Of a stretch of 64,000 nucleotides of DNA, positions 17,215 to 27,141 are shown one piece after another (position 1 is the first letter of the stretch; every line of letters starts with the position of its first letter). Below the pieces are notes generated by a model. The model was not told the origin of the DNA and ran no database searches. It saw nothing but the letters and a program-made list of their open reading frames with translations. The stretch comes from a virus: IMG/VR virus record IMGVR_UViG_3300013006_001433, positions 1 through 64,000 of that record. One strand, written 5' to 3'. A program made the position numbers and the translations under genes.

Positions 17215-19476
17215 TTATAGCTTACACGCACCGCTAGAACAATCTCCATCTTCTTTTTGATCTAGGGATTGCTCTCTATCTCCATCGTCTGTATTATTAT
17301 AATAAAGGCTAATTAATCCAAGACTATATGCGTACATGATTTCTTTCATTACTTTAGCATCTGGTAATATATTGTTTTCATAATGACTATAGTTGTAGTA
17401 TACATTAGTTGATATAGCCATGTCAATATATTTTTGAATAACTGCATTAATTTTTAATATACCAGTATTATCTTTAAGATCATAAGCTAATTCGTAATTA
17501 TCATGATACTTACCAATCCCTGGAACCATAACTGGAAGTTTACCCATTTTGCTGGTTTTATAAGTGATAAGACTACGAATTGGTTCTACTCCATTTGTAG
17601 AGGATTGAATAACAGAACTACTTTCACAAGGCATGCATGAGGATAATGTTGAGTGTCTTAAACCATGTTCTTTAATTTGTTTTCTCAACTTTTCCCAATC
17701 AAGAGATAGTTTTCTTTTACATATTTCATCTACTTTATCTTTATAAGTATCAATTGGTAATACACCTTTAGAATATTTTGTATGATTGAATTTTTCACAT
17801 TTACCTTTTTCTTTAGCTAATTCTAGACTACTCTCTAAAAGATAGTATTGAAAATGCTCCATCCATTCATCAATAACTGATAACGATTTATCTGAGCTAT
17901 ATTTTAATTCATTTTTAGCGAGGAAAGCTGCTAGATTAGTGATTCCAATTCCAAGGCTTCTTCGTTTTTTAGCAAAATTTTCAGCAGCAACATTAAAGTA
18001 ATCTTGAAGTTCAATGATTTCATCAAGAAATCTTACGATAAGATCGCAAGTCTTTTCAAGATCTTGCCAGTTTTTTATTTCTAGCATATTTACTGCCGAA
18101 AGAATACACATTCCAATTTCCCCATTCTTGTCATTGTAATCGTTTAATGGAATAGTTGGATGGATAACTTCTGTGCAAAGATTACTCATTGTAACTTTAT
18201 CAGACCAAGCTCCATGCTCGTTAGCATGATCTACATTAAGAATATAAATGCGACCAGTTTCAACTCTTTCTTTAATTATCAAAGAGAATAATTTTCTAGC
18301 AGATACTTTCTTTTTTAGTTTTAATTTTTTAGATTCGCATTCTTTATATACTTTATCAAAGTCTCTAGTCCCCCAAGCTTCATAAAGTTCTGGAACTTCT
18401 GAATTATTGAATAATGTGACATCTTCATCTTTCAAAACTCTATCATAGAATAATTTACTCATACCAACTGTATAATCAAGCTTACGAACTCGATTGTCAT
18501 CTGTTCCAGCGTTATTCTTTAATACAACAATATCTTCAATTTCGTAATGCCACCATTGAATATTGCAAGTTGCACTGCCACCTCTTAAGCCATTTTGTTG
18601 CCAAGCTTTTACGCTACTCTCATATATTTTTAAAAATGGAATTAAACCAGTGTGTACAACTTCTCCGTTCTTAATGGGAGAACCAATCGCTCTAATTTTA
18701 CTTATATCAATACCAATTCCACATCTATTTGCTGTGGCCATACTTACAGCAGTTGCACTAGCTGTAATACTTTCTCTTGTATCGTCTACTCCAATCAAAC
18801 AGCAACTAGCATAATTTCTGCTAGAAGTTCTAACTCCAGCCATTACTGGCGTTGGAAGATTGATTTTGTGTTTACTTATAGCATCATAAAATTTTCTTAC
18901 ATAATTTAATCTTGAATCTGCTGGATATTTTGCAAAAGCATAAGACGCAATTAGTATATATGCAAATTGTGGAGTTTCATAAATTTGACCAGTGGTTCTA
19001 TTTTTAATTAAATATTTATCACAAAGCTGTTTAATTCCAGCATAAGTGAAAGTAAAATCTCTTTCATGATCAATAAATTCTCCAATTTTATTAATCTCAT
19101 CCTCAGAGTAATTCTCTAGAATAGAACCATCATATACTTTATTCTTTATTCCTTGATTTAAGAACTCTGATAGTCTCGGAGCATGCTTGCCCTTCCAAAC
19201 ATCTTTTCTTAATTGATAATTCAAAAGTCTCGCTGCGACAAATTGATAATTTGGTTTTTCAGTTGAAATCAAATTAGCAGCACTTTCAATCAATAGGTTG
19301 TGTATTTCTTTACTTGTTATACCATCATGTATGTTTATTTTCGCATTGATTTCTATATCTGTTAAACTTACCCCAGTATAACCATCAATTGCCCAGTTGA
19401 TTACTTTATTAATTTTTTCTACATCAAATTTTTCTGTTGCACCATTTCTTTTCTTTATAATAACATTCTTGCTCAT
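17215..19476 (-). CDS. nrdA: Ribonucleotide reductase class Ia alpha subunit with ATP cone
   Basis: KKRNG ATP cone, ASCCL, SNLCTEV, C-terminal CSSGACKL. Confidence 0.95.
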   Translation of the reverse strand: MSKNVIIKKRNGATEKFDVEKINKVINWAIDGYTGVSLTDIEINAKINIHDGITSKEIHNLLIESAANLISTEKPNYQFVAARLLNYQLRKDVWKGKHAPRLSEFLNQGIKNKVYDGSILENYSEDEINKIGEFIDHERDFTFTYAGIKQLCDKYLIKNRTTGQIYETPQFAYILIASYAFAKYPADSRLNYVRKFYDAISKHKINLPTPVMAGVRTSSRNYASCCLIGVDDTRESITASATAVSMATANRCGIGIDISKIRAIGSPIKNGEVVHTGLIPFLKIYESSVKAWQQNGLRGGSATCNIQWWHYEIEDIVVLKNNAGTDDNRVRKLDYTVGMSKLFYDRVLKDEDVTLFNNSEVPELYEAWGTRDFDKVYKECESKKLKLKKKVSARKLFSLIIKERVETGRIYILNVDHANEHGAWSDKVTMSNLCTEVIHPTIPLNDYNDKNGEIGMCILSAVNMLEIKNWQDLEKTCDLIVRFLDEIIELQDYFNVAAENFAKKRRSLGIGITNLAAFLAKNELKYSSDKSLSVIDEWMEHFQYYLLESSLELAKEKGKCEKFNHTKYSKGVLPIDTYKDKVDEICKRKLSLDWEKLRKQIKEHGLRHSTLSSCMPCESSSVIQSSTNGVEPIRSLITYKTSKMGKLPVMVPGIGKYHDNYELAYDLKDNTGILKINAVIQKYIDMAISTNVYYNYSHYENNILPDAKVMKEIMYAYSLGLISLYYNNTDDGDREQSLDQKEDGDCSSGACKL

Positions 19477-19609
19477 ATTTTCTTTCTAAGGTAAAGAATA
19501 GTTTACAGTGTTTTTAATTTTTATAAAAGAAAAATAACTAAACTAGTGTTAATAACTTTATATCGTACTAAACAAGTGTACTGATCTAATATCTTTTCTT
19601 AATAAATAT

Positions 19610-19895
19610 TTCCCAATGAGCTCCTTCAAAGCAGAGCTTTCCCTGTGTTTTACCACAAGTTCGCTTGAGCCGTTAGTTCAATTTCCCAATTGAGTCCATA
19701 AGCCTTTCGGCTCCCTAACACTTATCGGATGTCGGTAGGATCATCCATCGCGTGTTAGCCCTTTCACCTACACTCCCAGAATTTCTTCTGGTTTCTCAGG
19801 TCGCAAGCTCTGTTAGCGTTGCCTGACGTTAAGAACTAATCTAACTCACCATTTTAAGGAGTATGGCAAACCTTTTCGCCTTTCAGCGAGATGTC
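19610..19895 (-). ncRNA. Unassigned ~285 nt structured RNA
   Basis: GC-enriched intergenic island with four GNRA-capped hairpins and several 5-8 bp long-range pairings, directly below a sigma70 promoter; ends approximate. Confidence 0.7.
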
Positions 19896-19900
19896 GTAGT

Positions 19901-19929
19901 ATAATACATGAATCAATATATTTTGTCAA
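19901..19929 (-). promoter_or_regulatory. Sigma70-type promoter TTGACA-N17-TATTAT driving the structured RNA
   Basis: Consensus spacing; no start codon follows, unlike the other promoters in the window. Confidence 0.7.
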
Positions 19930-19945
19930 ATAAAAAAGTAAATAG

Positions 19946-19951
19946 GTGTAA
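19946..19951 (+). promoter_or_regulatory. GTGTAA putative late promoter
   Basis: 8 nt upstream of ATG 19960. Confidence 0.6.
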
Positions 19952-19959
19952 TAATATAC

Positions 19960-20223
19960 ATGCCGATACCAAATCCAAAAGACAAAGAAAAGCAAAACGA
20001 TTATATGGGTCGCTGTATGGAGTTTATGAAAGATGAAAAATATCCTCAAAAACAAAAAGTTGCTATTTGTTTGAATACTTTTCGTGGTCCACAAAAGAAA
20101 GCTAAGGGCGAAATTGAAATTGATTTCTCTGAACAAATCAAAAATCTGCATAAAAAAGAAGTAAAAATAGAAGAACCAACTCATACAGCTGTAACTGCAC
20201 CAGTAGAACAAACTAAAGCCTAA
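19960..20223 (+). CDS. Small phage protein (MPIP...RCM...YP...AIC type)
   Basis: 87 aa ORF with this motif and the late-type promoter. Confidence 0.6.
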   Translation: MPIPNPKDKEKQNDYMGRCMEFMKDEKYPQKQKVAICLNTFRGPQKKAKGEIEIDFSEQIKNLHKKEVKIEEPTHTAVTAPVEQTKA

Positions 20224-20284
20224 AATTCAGATTTATTAAATATCAAATATAAAGTATTGACTGATATTAATTTAATCAAATTAA

Positions 20285-20313
20285 TTGACATTTTTATAAT
20301 AATAGCTTACCAT
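20285..20313 (+). promoter_or_regulatory. Sigma70-type promoter TTGACA-N17-TACCAT heading the glycan cluster
   Basis: 5 nt upstream of ATG 20319. Confidence 0.65.
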
Positions 20314-20318
20314 TATCT

Positions 20319-21182
20319 ATGGTAACAAATAAAAAGATATTATGGATATCTGATTATAGCTTATCCCATTCTGCTGGAGGAGCCCAAAGAAGTAATGATA
20401 TAATTATCCAAAAAGGCAGAGAATTAGGATATTCTATATTAGAAGCAAATTATAATTTTAATTTCAATATTGAAGATTTTAATCAATATGATATATTAAT
20501 TTCATCCAATTTAGAAGCAATATACAAATTGCATTCTAATATCATAGATAAAATAGCTTCTCACAAGTATCATGTTAGACTTGAGCACGATTCAAATAGA
20601 TACTTGAAACAAGAAGATAGAGAAAAACTTTTTAGATCTTGTAAAAAGACAGTATTTTTAACTAATTTTCATCATAAGTTATTTATTAATAATTATGGAA
20701 ATATTTTTAATGATGTAAAAATCGTAGCGGATCCTATAGATACAGATTTATTCTACAATCAAAACCAAGAAAGAGAAGACAAGATTTTATACGTTGGATT
20801 TATGCATGAGCTAAAAGGCACATTATCGTTTTTTGAATTTGCTATGGACAACCCTCAATTACAATTTGTAGTTGCTGGATGGGGAACAAGAGTTTTTAAT
20901 TTTTTGGCGACCAATACTCCTAATGTACAATATCTAGGAACAGTCTCCCACGAAGAAATGCCTAAGCTTTTTAATAAATATGAAACACTTTTTTATAATC
21001 CAATTATACCAGAACCATTCTGTAGATCAGTTGCGGAAGGTGCATTGTGTGGAATAAAATTAATGTCATCTAGTTCAAATATTATAGGATGTATGCACGA
21101 ATTTCGAGAGTTAGGTAAAGAAAAATTTATTGAAAATTGCAAAAATGCTTCTAACTATTTTTGGGAATCAATTATACAGTAA
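20319..21182 (+). CDS. Glycosyltransferase (GT4-like)
   Basis: AGGAQ, PIDTDLF, YVGFMHELKG, EPFCRSVAEG. Confidence 0.8.
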   Translation: MVTNKKILWISDYSLSHSAGGAQRSNDIIIQKGRELGYSILEANYNFNFNIEDFNQYDILISSNLEAIYKLHSNIIDKIASHKYHVRLEHDSNRYLKQEDREKLFRSCKKTVFLTNFHHKLFINNYGNIFNDVKIVADPIDTDLFYNQNQEREDKILYVGFMHELKGTLSFFEFAMDNPQLQFVVAGWGTRVFNFLATNTPNVQYLGTVSHEEMPKLFNKYETLFYNPIIPEPFCRSVAEGALCGIKLMSSSSNIIGCMHEFRELGKEKFIENCKNASNYFWESIIQ

Positions 21183-22096
21183 TGACTATTATATTAGTCA
21201 TAAATAAAACTCTGTCTAGGGGAACAAATTCACATCTAGATTCTGGATATTATAATTTTTATATACCATTACTAGAATTAGGACACAAAGTATTTTTATA
21301 CGACACGATAAAAGGAAATGGAAAACCATTTCAAAATTTAGTAAAAGAAGTTAATCCAGATCTTATTATTTCTATATTGACTGGAAATAAAAACTTAACG
21401 CCATACGAGCCAATAGAAGAAATAGAATCTATAACGAAAGAAAACAAAATAAAGACATTTAATTGGTTTTGCGATGATACATGGAGATTTGATACTTTTA
21501 ATAAAAATATTTGTAAAAAATTTACAGTATGTTCAACACCAGAAGCGAATTATATAAGTAAATACAAACAAGAAGGATATAATAATATATTATTAGGTCT
21601 ATGGCATTGTAATCAAGACTTAAGAGTAGATTCAGATAAAGTATTAAATGTCACTTTTTGCGGCGGGCTGACAAATTCCAGAGCACAAAACTTTAATTAT
21701 CTATCGCAAAATAATGTAGATTTAAAATATTTTCATGGATTATCTTATGAAGACGTCTTAAAAGCTTACTCTATATCTAAAATTGGATTAAATTTAACGG
21801 TAAATGATAATGATGTAGATAAAAAACCTCAAATGAAATTAAGAATATTTGAAATTCCAGCTTCTAAAACATTTCTGTTAACCGAGTATATAGACGATCT
21901 TGAAAATTACTTTGATATTGGGAAAGAAATCGAAACTTTTAAAACTATAGAAGAAGCAAAAGAAAAAATTAATTTCTATTTAAAAAACGATTCAGCTAGA
22001 GAAAATATTGCTAATGCTGGTTATCAAAGATTTTTAAGAGATCATACTTCTAAAATTAGATTAAATAATATAATAAATCAGATAGAAACCTTATGA
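21182..22096 (+). CDS. CgeB-like glycosyltransferase
   Basis: WFCDD, SKIGLN, MKLRIFEIPA, IANAGYQRFLRDHT. Confidence 0.8.
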   Translation: MTIILVINKTLSRGTNSHLDSGYYNFYIPLLELGHKVFLYDTIKGNGKPFQNLVKEVNPDLIISILTGNKNLTPYEPIEEIESITKENKIKTFNWFCDDTWRFDTFNKNICKKFTVCSTPEANYISKYKQEGYNNILLGLWHCNQDLRVDSDKVLNVTFCGGLTNSRAQNFNYLSQNNVDLKYFHGLSYEDVLKAYSISKIGLNLTVNDNDVDKKPQMKLRIFEIPASKTFLLTEYIDDLENYFDIGKEIETFKTIEEAKEKINFYLKNDSARENIANAGYQRFLRDHTSKIRLNNIINQIETL

Positions 22097-22992
22097 GAAT
22101 TTATATACAGTTTCATCCCGCCCATGCAGGAAAATGGATTTATAATGGATACGCACACGCATGGTTGTATCATGGATTTGAAGTTAAATTTATTAAATCA
22201 TTAAATGAAATAGATCAAAATGAACCCTATCATTTGATGATAACAGATGGTATAATTTCTGAAAATAATATTCAATTTCTAGAAAAAAGCATTAAAACTA
22301 TTCTATATGTATCACCAAATTTCTATCCAAAACCATGGGGAGATCATCCAAATTGGAAATGCCCACTTAATGAAAACCTTATAGATAAAATTAATCAACT
22401 ACCAAATATAATTAAATGGAATTTTTCAGATGTAAAAAATCAATTTTTCTTTATTTGGAAAAATGTAATTACATTACCATTAGCATTTGATAATATAAAT
22501 TATTCTAATTCAATAAAAGATAAATATGAATATGACGTTTGCTATATTGGTGGTTTAGCTGATAATGGATTTAATGAAAAAATAAAAATAATGCAAGATA
22601 CATTGACTCCATTTTTAGACACAAAATTGAAATGCGCTTTTTTCGTTGCTCAGAACTTGTCTCACGAACAAGAAAATTATATATTAAATAACTCTAAAAT
22701 AGCTTTAAATATACATGACGAATACCAAAGAGTAAATCAATTAGATTGTAATGAAAGAACCTTTAAGGGGTTAGGAGCAAATGGTTTCTTAGTGAGTGAT
22801 AAAATAGAACAATTAAATAGACTTTTTCCACATGTTTTTATGTCAAACAATCCGCAAGAATTAGTTAATTTTTGTTTAGACTTTGCATCGAAAGATGCGA
22901 ATCATATAAATGAAGAAAAATTAAAAAATCAAAAAATGATTGAGTCTAGCCATACTTATATTAAAAGAGTAGAGTATTTATTAAAAATATGA
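22093..22992 (+). CDS. CgeB-like glycosyltransferase
   Basis: DVCYIGG, SKIALNIH, NERTFK, HTYIKRV. Confidence 0.75.
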   Translation: MRIYIQFHPAHAGKWIYNGYAHAWLYHGFEVKFIKSLNEIDQNEPYHLMITDGIISENNIQFLEKSIKTILYVSPNFYPKPWGDHPNWKCPLNENLIDKINQLPNIIKWNFSDVKNQFFFIWKNVITLPLAFDNINYSNSIKDKYEYDVCYIGGLADNGFNEKIKIMQDTLTPFLDTKLKCAFFVAQNLSHEQENYILNNSKIALNIHDEYQRVNQLDCNERTFKGLGANGFLVSDKIEQLNRLFPHVFMSNNPQELVNFCLDFASKDANHINEEKLKNQKMIESSHTYIKRVEYLLKI

Positions 22993-23714
22993 AAATCAAT
23001 ATTTTTATACCTAACTATAACAAAGAAAATTTTGTTCTAAAATGCCTATCTTCGTGCTTAAATCAAACGCATAAAGATTTAAAAATTATTTTTATAGACA
23101 ACGAAAGTAAAGATAATAGTTTAGATTTAGTTAAAAAATTTCGAGATGAAAATAAATATGACTTCACGATAGATAGTGCTAAAAATATTTATCCAAGATG
23201 TTGGGAAGAATGTATATACAAAGCTTTAGAATATTTCGATGGAGATTTCTTTACAATTGTTGGTTCAGATGATTGGCTTGATCCAAATTATATTGAAAAC
23301 TTTTGCAAATGGTTAGAATTTAAAAATAAAGAGATTTTAATAGCTCAATCGGCTTTACTTTGGATGAAGGATGGAGCAAGAGTTAACTTAGTCAACCATC
23401 CCTATTCTAATATTGAAGAATTAAAATTGAAGTTAACATTAGGCTGTTACGTTAATACTCCGACTGTTTTCTTTAATAAAGAACTTGTGAAAAATGGCCT
23501 TTACAGAACTTATCCAAAACTTTATAGTGGAGCAGCAGATTATGATTTATATTGTCAACTAGTAGATAAAAATATATATATAGAAAATATTGGAGAATGG
23601 ATCGGATATTGCTATAATATTAATGATACTCAAGCAACTTGGCAAATGCATGGGGATACAATTAATTATTCAAATGTTATTCGTAAAAAATGGAGAGACA
23701 AATGGAAGATCTAA
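22989..23714 (+). CDS. GT2 glycosyltransferase
   Basis: IFIPNYN, IDNESKDNS, GSDD, ADYDL. Confidence 0.85.
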   Translation: MKINIFIPNYNKENFVLKCLSSCLNQTHKDLKIIFIDNESKDNSLDLVKKFRDENKYDFTIDSAKNIYPRCWEECIYKALEYFDGDFFTIVGSDDWLDPNYIENFCKWLEFKNKEILIAQSALLWMKDGARVNLVNHPYSNIEELKLKLTLGCYVNTPTVFFNKELVKNGLYRTYPKLYSGAADYDLYCQLVDKNIYIENIGEWIGYCYNINDTQATWQMHGDTINYSNVIRKKWRDKWKI

Positions 23715-25015
23715 ATAATATTCTAAATTTGGTTAAATCTTATATAGATAATAAACCTAATACTTGGGAACCTGGAAAAGACTGGGTCCAATATGCTGGA
23801 CCATTTTTTGATTCTACGGAATATACTTCAGCAATTAGTACGCTATTAAATGGGTGGTTAGTACTTGGAGAAAAAGGCATTTCATTTGAAAATCAATTTC
23901 CTAAACTTTTAAATAAAGAATATGGAATATTAACTAATAGCGGAAGTAGTTCAAATTTAATAATGATGTCAGCAATGAAATCAAAAAGATTATATAATTT
24001 TCCAAATGGAACAAAAGTAATTACTCCAATCGCTGGATTCCCAACCACAATAAACCCTATATTTCAAGTTGGATTTACCCCAGCTTTTGTAGACATCGAC
24101 TTAGATACTCTTAATTTAAACTTAGATCAAGTAGAACAACAAGCCAAAAATGGTGCAAAAATTATTACATTCGCTCATGTATTAGGCAATCCACCAAATA
24201 TGAGAAGACTTATGGATATTATAAAAGAATATAATTTAATCCTACTAGAAGATTGTTGTGACGCTTTAGGATCAACATACGACAATAAACCTCTTGGTAG
24301 TTTTGGAGAATTCGCTAGCTGTTCATTTTATCCAGCACATCATATGACAATGGGAGAAGGTGGGTTCATAGCATGTAACACTTATAATCAAGAAGTTGTA
24401 ATTAGAAGTTTTAGAGAATGGGGAAGAGGATGCTATTGTGTTGGTAAAAAAGCTAATCTATTAAAAAATGGCACATGTAAAAATAGATTTTCTAATTGGT
24501 TGCCCTCTATACCAGATGAAATTTTTGATCATAAATATATCTATGATGAAATTGGTTATAATTTAAAACCTATAGAATTACAAGCAGCAATAGGGTTATG
24601 CCAAATGAAAAAGCTTCCAGAAATTCATACTCGTAGAAAATTAAATCATATGAGATTAGTTAAAATATTTAGTGAGTTTGAAGAATATTTTATATTACCA
24701 AAAGCTACAGACTGGGCAGATCCAAGTTGGTTTGCTTTTGCGTTAACCATTAAAGATAATGCACCATTCAAAAGGAAAGATATTGTACATTATCTTGAAG
24801 ATAACAAAATACAAACAAGACCATATTTTGCTGGTAATATTATGTTGCAACCAGCTTATGATGGACTTATGGATAAAAATGAAGTAATTAATAAATTTCC
24901 AGTATCAAGAAAAGTAACAACTGACACTTTCTTTCTTGGTACAAGTCCAGTTATAGGAGAAAAACAATTAGATTATATAGAAAATACAGTATATAATTAT
25001 TTCAAAACATTATGA
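23702..25015 (+). CDS. rfbH: NDP-4-keto-6-deoxyglucose 3-dehydratase (RfbH/DdhC E1-like)
   Basis: NSGSSSNL, EDCCDALG, SFYPAHHMTMGEGG (His instead of Lys), WGRGCYC...GTC Fe-S motif, DHKYIY. Confidence 0.85.
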   Translation: MEDLNNILNLVKSYIDNKPNTWEPGKDWVQYAGPFFDSTEYTSAISTLLNGWLVLGEKGISFENQFPKLLNKEYGILTNSGSSSNLIMMSAMKSKRLYNFPNGTKVITPIAGFPTTINPIFQVGFTPAFVDIDLDTLNLNLDQVEQQAKNGAKIITFAHVLGNPPNMRRLMDIIKEYNLILLEDCCDALGSTYDNKPLGSFGEFASCSFYPAHHMTMGEGGFIACNTYNQEVVIRSFREWGRGCYCVGKKANLLKNGTCKNRFSNWLPSIPDEIFDHKYIYDEIGYNLKPIELQAAIGLCQMKKLPEIHTRRKLNHMRLVKIFSEFEEYFILPKATDWADPSWFAFALTIKDNAPFKRKDIVHYLEDNKIQTRPYFAGNIMLQPAYDGLMDKNEVINKFPVSRKVTTDTFFLGTSPVIGEKQLDYIENTVYNYFKTL

Positions 25016-25965
25016 AAGTAGTATACATAACAGGATGCCTTGGTTTTATAGGTTCTTATATAACTAGATTATCCTTAAATAAGGGTTGGCATGTTAAAGG
25101 CGTAGATAAAATAACATACGCCGCAAACCAAGATCTTCTTAAAGAGTTTAATAAGTATCCAAATTTTTCATTTGTTCATTGTGATATAAATGATCTTAAG
25201 TTTTTGTACGATTGCGATTATATTATCAATACCGCAGCAGAAACTCATGTTGGCAACTCAATAAGCAATAGTGACGATTTTATACATTCAAATATTGATG
25301 GTGTGCATAATTTATTAGAATTAATTAGAAACTACAGACAAGAGCATACAACTGTTCCTACTTTAATACATTTTAGTACAGATGAAGTTTATGGAGATGT
25401 TGATCATGGAGCGCATACAGAGAAAGACCTATTGAAACCATCAAATCCATATTCAGCAACAAAAGCAGCCGCAGACATGTTAATCTTAGCATGGGCAAGA
25501 ACTTATAAAACAAACTATATAATTGTAAGACCAACGAACAATTATGGAATTGGTCAATATGTAGAAAAGCTTATTCCTAAAGCATGCAAGTATTTAAATT
25601 TAGGCAGAAAAATACCATTACATAATTCTGGATCACCCATTAGAAATTGGCTTCATGCAGAAGATACCGCAAATGCAATTATAAAAATTATTGAAAGTAA
25701 TGTTAAAAATGAAATATATAATATTGCAGGTGGATTTGAACAATCAAATCTTGATACAGTCAAAAAAATCTTAGAGATATATCTGAATACAAAAGATTTT
25801 AATTTAGTAGATTACATAGATCTTTCATATTCTAGACAAGGACAAGACGTTAGATATGCTCTAGACGACACCAAATTAAGAAGTTTAAATTGGAAATCGA
25901 ATAAAGTCTTTGACGAGGAAATAAAAAGCATAGTTGATTATTACAATAATAAATTTATATGGTAA
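25012..25965 (+). CDS. NDP-glucose 4,6-dehydratase (RmlB-like)
   Basis: TGCLGFIGS, DKITYA, AAETHV, STDEVYG, PYSATKAA, NNYG. Confidence 0.85.
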   Translation: MKVVYITGCLGFIGSYITRLSLNKGWHVKGVDKITYAANQDLLKEFNKYPNFSFVHCDINDLKFLYDCDYIINTAAETHVGNSISNSDDFIHSNIDGVHNLLELIRNYRQEHTTVPTLIHFSTDEVYGDVDHGAHTEKDLLKPSNPYSATKAAADMLILAWARTYKTNYIIVRPTNNYGIGQYVEKLIPKACKYLNLGRKIPLHNSGSPIRNWLHAEDTANAIIKIIESNVKNEIYNIAGGFEQSNLDTVKKILEIYLNTKDFNLVDYIDLSYSRQGQDVRYALDDTKLRSLNWKSNKVFDEEIKSIVDYYNNKFIW

Positions 25966-26585
25966 AAGAAGATTTAATAAATTTTGAAAAAGAAATAGCT
26001 GATCTATTTAATTCTGGTCAGATAAAATCTCCAGTTCATCTTTATTCTGGAAACGAAGATCTTATGATCGAAATTTTTAAAAACATTGATATTGAGAATG
26101 ATTGGGTATGTTCCGCATGGCGTAACCATTATCAAGGTTTATTAAAAGGAATACCTCAAGACATATTAAAGCAAAATATTATACAAGGTAAATCTATGGT
26201 AGCTAATTTACCACAATATAAATTTATATGCAGTTCTATAGTTGGAGGGATTCCTTCAATTGCAGCGGGTATTGCGATGTCAATTAAAGTTAAAAATAAA
26301 ACTAATAAGGTTTGGTGTTGGGTTGGCGACATGTCTTCTGAAACTGGCGCTTTTCATGAGGCTTACAAATATAGTTTAAATCATGATCTTCCAATTACAT
26401 TTATAATTGAGGATAACAAGAAATCGGTATGTTCGCCAACTCAAAGGATTTGGAACAGAGAAAAGCCATATTATTTAGATAAAGATTATACTGGAGGTCT
26501 ATTAGTTCAAAAAAATTTAATATACTACCAATATGACAATCAAAAATATCCTCATGCTGGAGCAGGGAAAAGAGTACAGTTTTAA
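25959..26585 (+). CDS. ThDP-dependent enzyme, E1 alpha-like subunit
   Basis: PVHL, WRNHY, SIVGG, GDMSSETG...EDN ThDP motif. Confidence 0.8.
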   Translation: MVKEDLINFEKEIADLFNSGQIKSPVHLYSGNEDLMIEIFKNIDIENDWVCSAWRNHYQGLLKGIPQDILKQNIIQGKSMVANLPQYKFICSSIVGGIPSIAAGIAMSIKVKNKTNKVWCWVGDMSSETGAFHEAYKYSLNHDLPITFIIEDNKKSVCSPTQRIWNREKPYYLDKDYTGGLLVQKNLIYYQYDNQKYPHAGAGKRVQF

Positions 26586-26589
26586 TTTT

Positions 26590-27126
26590 ATGAAATACTT
26601 TGAAGAACTTAAAAAAGCAATGACCATGCTATCTGAGCATCCCGATACTCTTTTTATAGGACAATCCATAGAATATGAGGGAACTGGTCTTTATGATTCG
26701 TTAACTCATATACCAGCTCATAAAAAAATAGAACTACCAGTAGCAGAATATCTTCAAGCGGGCCTAGCGAATGGAATGGCAATAGAAGGTATAATTCCAA
26801 TATCTACTTATCCAAGATGGAATTTTTTATTAATGGCAACAGATCAAATAGTAAATCATTCAGATAAATTCAAAGAAATGTCAAATGGAAAATGTCTTCC
26901 TAAATTAATAATTCGCGTTGCGGTTGGTAGCGAAAGGCCAATAGATCCACAATGTCAACATAAAGGAAATTTTTCAGAAGCATTTAGACTGATGATGAAC
27001 AATACAGAAATAATTGAATTGAAAGAACCAGAAGAAATTTTGCCAGCATATATAAAAGCATTAAATAGAAATGATGGAGTTATTACAATACTTGTAGAAT
27101 TTGCAGATTACTCAAAAGAAAAATAA
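26590..27126 (+). CDS. ThDP-dependent enzyme, E1 beta / pyrimidine-binding subunit (truncated)
   Basis: ELPVAE...GLANGMA, DQIVNH, GxQH-like PQCQH; start refined to MKYF. Confidence 0.75.
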   Translation: MKYFEELKKAMTMLSEHPDTLFIGQSIEYEGTGLYDSLTHIPAHKKIELPVAEYLQAGLANGMAIEGIIPISTYPRWNFLLMATDQIVNHSDKFKEMSNGKCLPKLIIRVAVGSERPIDPQCQHKGNFSEAFRLMMNNTEIIELKEPEEILPAYIKALNRNDGVITILVEFADYSKEK

Positions 27127-27141
27127 CTTTTACAAATTAAT

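Noticed and set aside
19610-19895. Assignment as canonical RNase P, cobalamin riboswitch, group I/II intron, SRP or hammerhead
   Set aside because: Required cores not found in the right order (GAGGAAAGUCC then CR-V, B12 box, P7 or domain V, SRP loop, CUGANGA); left unassigned
19846-20211. Minus-strand 121 aa ORF
   Set aside because: Antisense to 19960..20223 and crosses two promoters; low-complexity shadow translation
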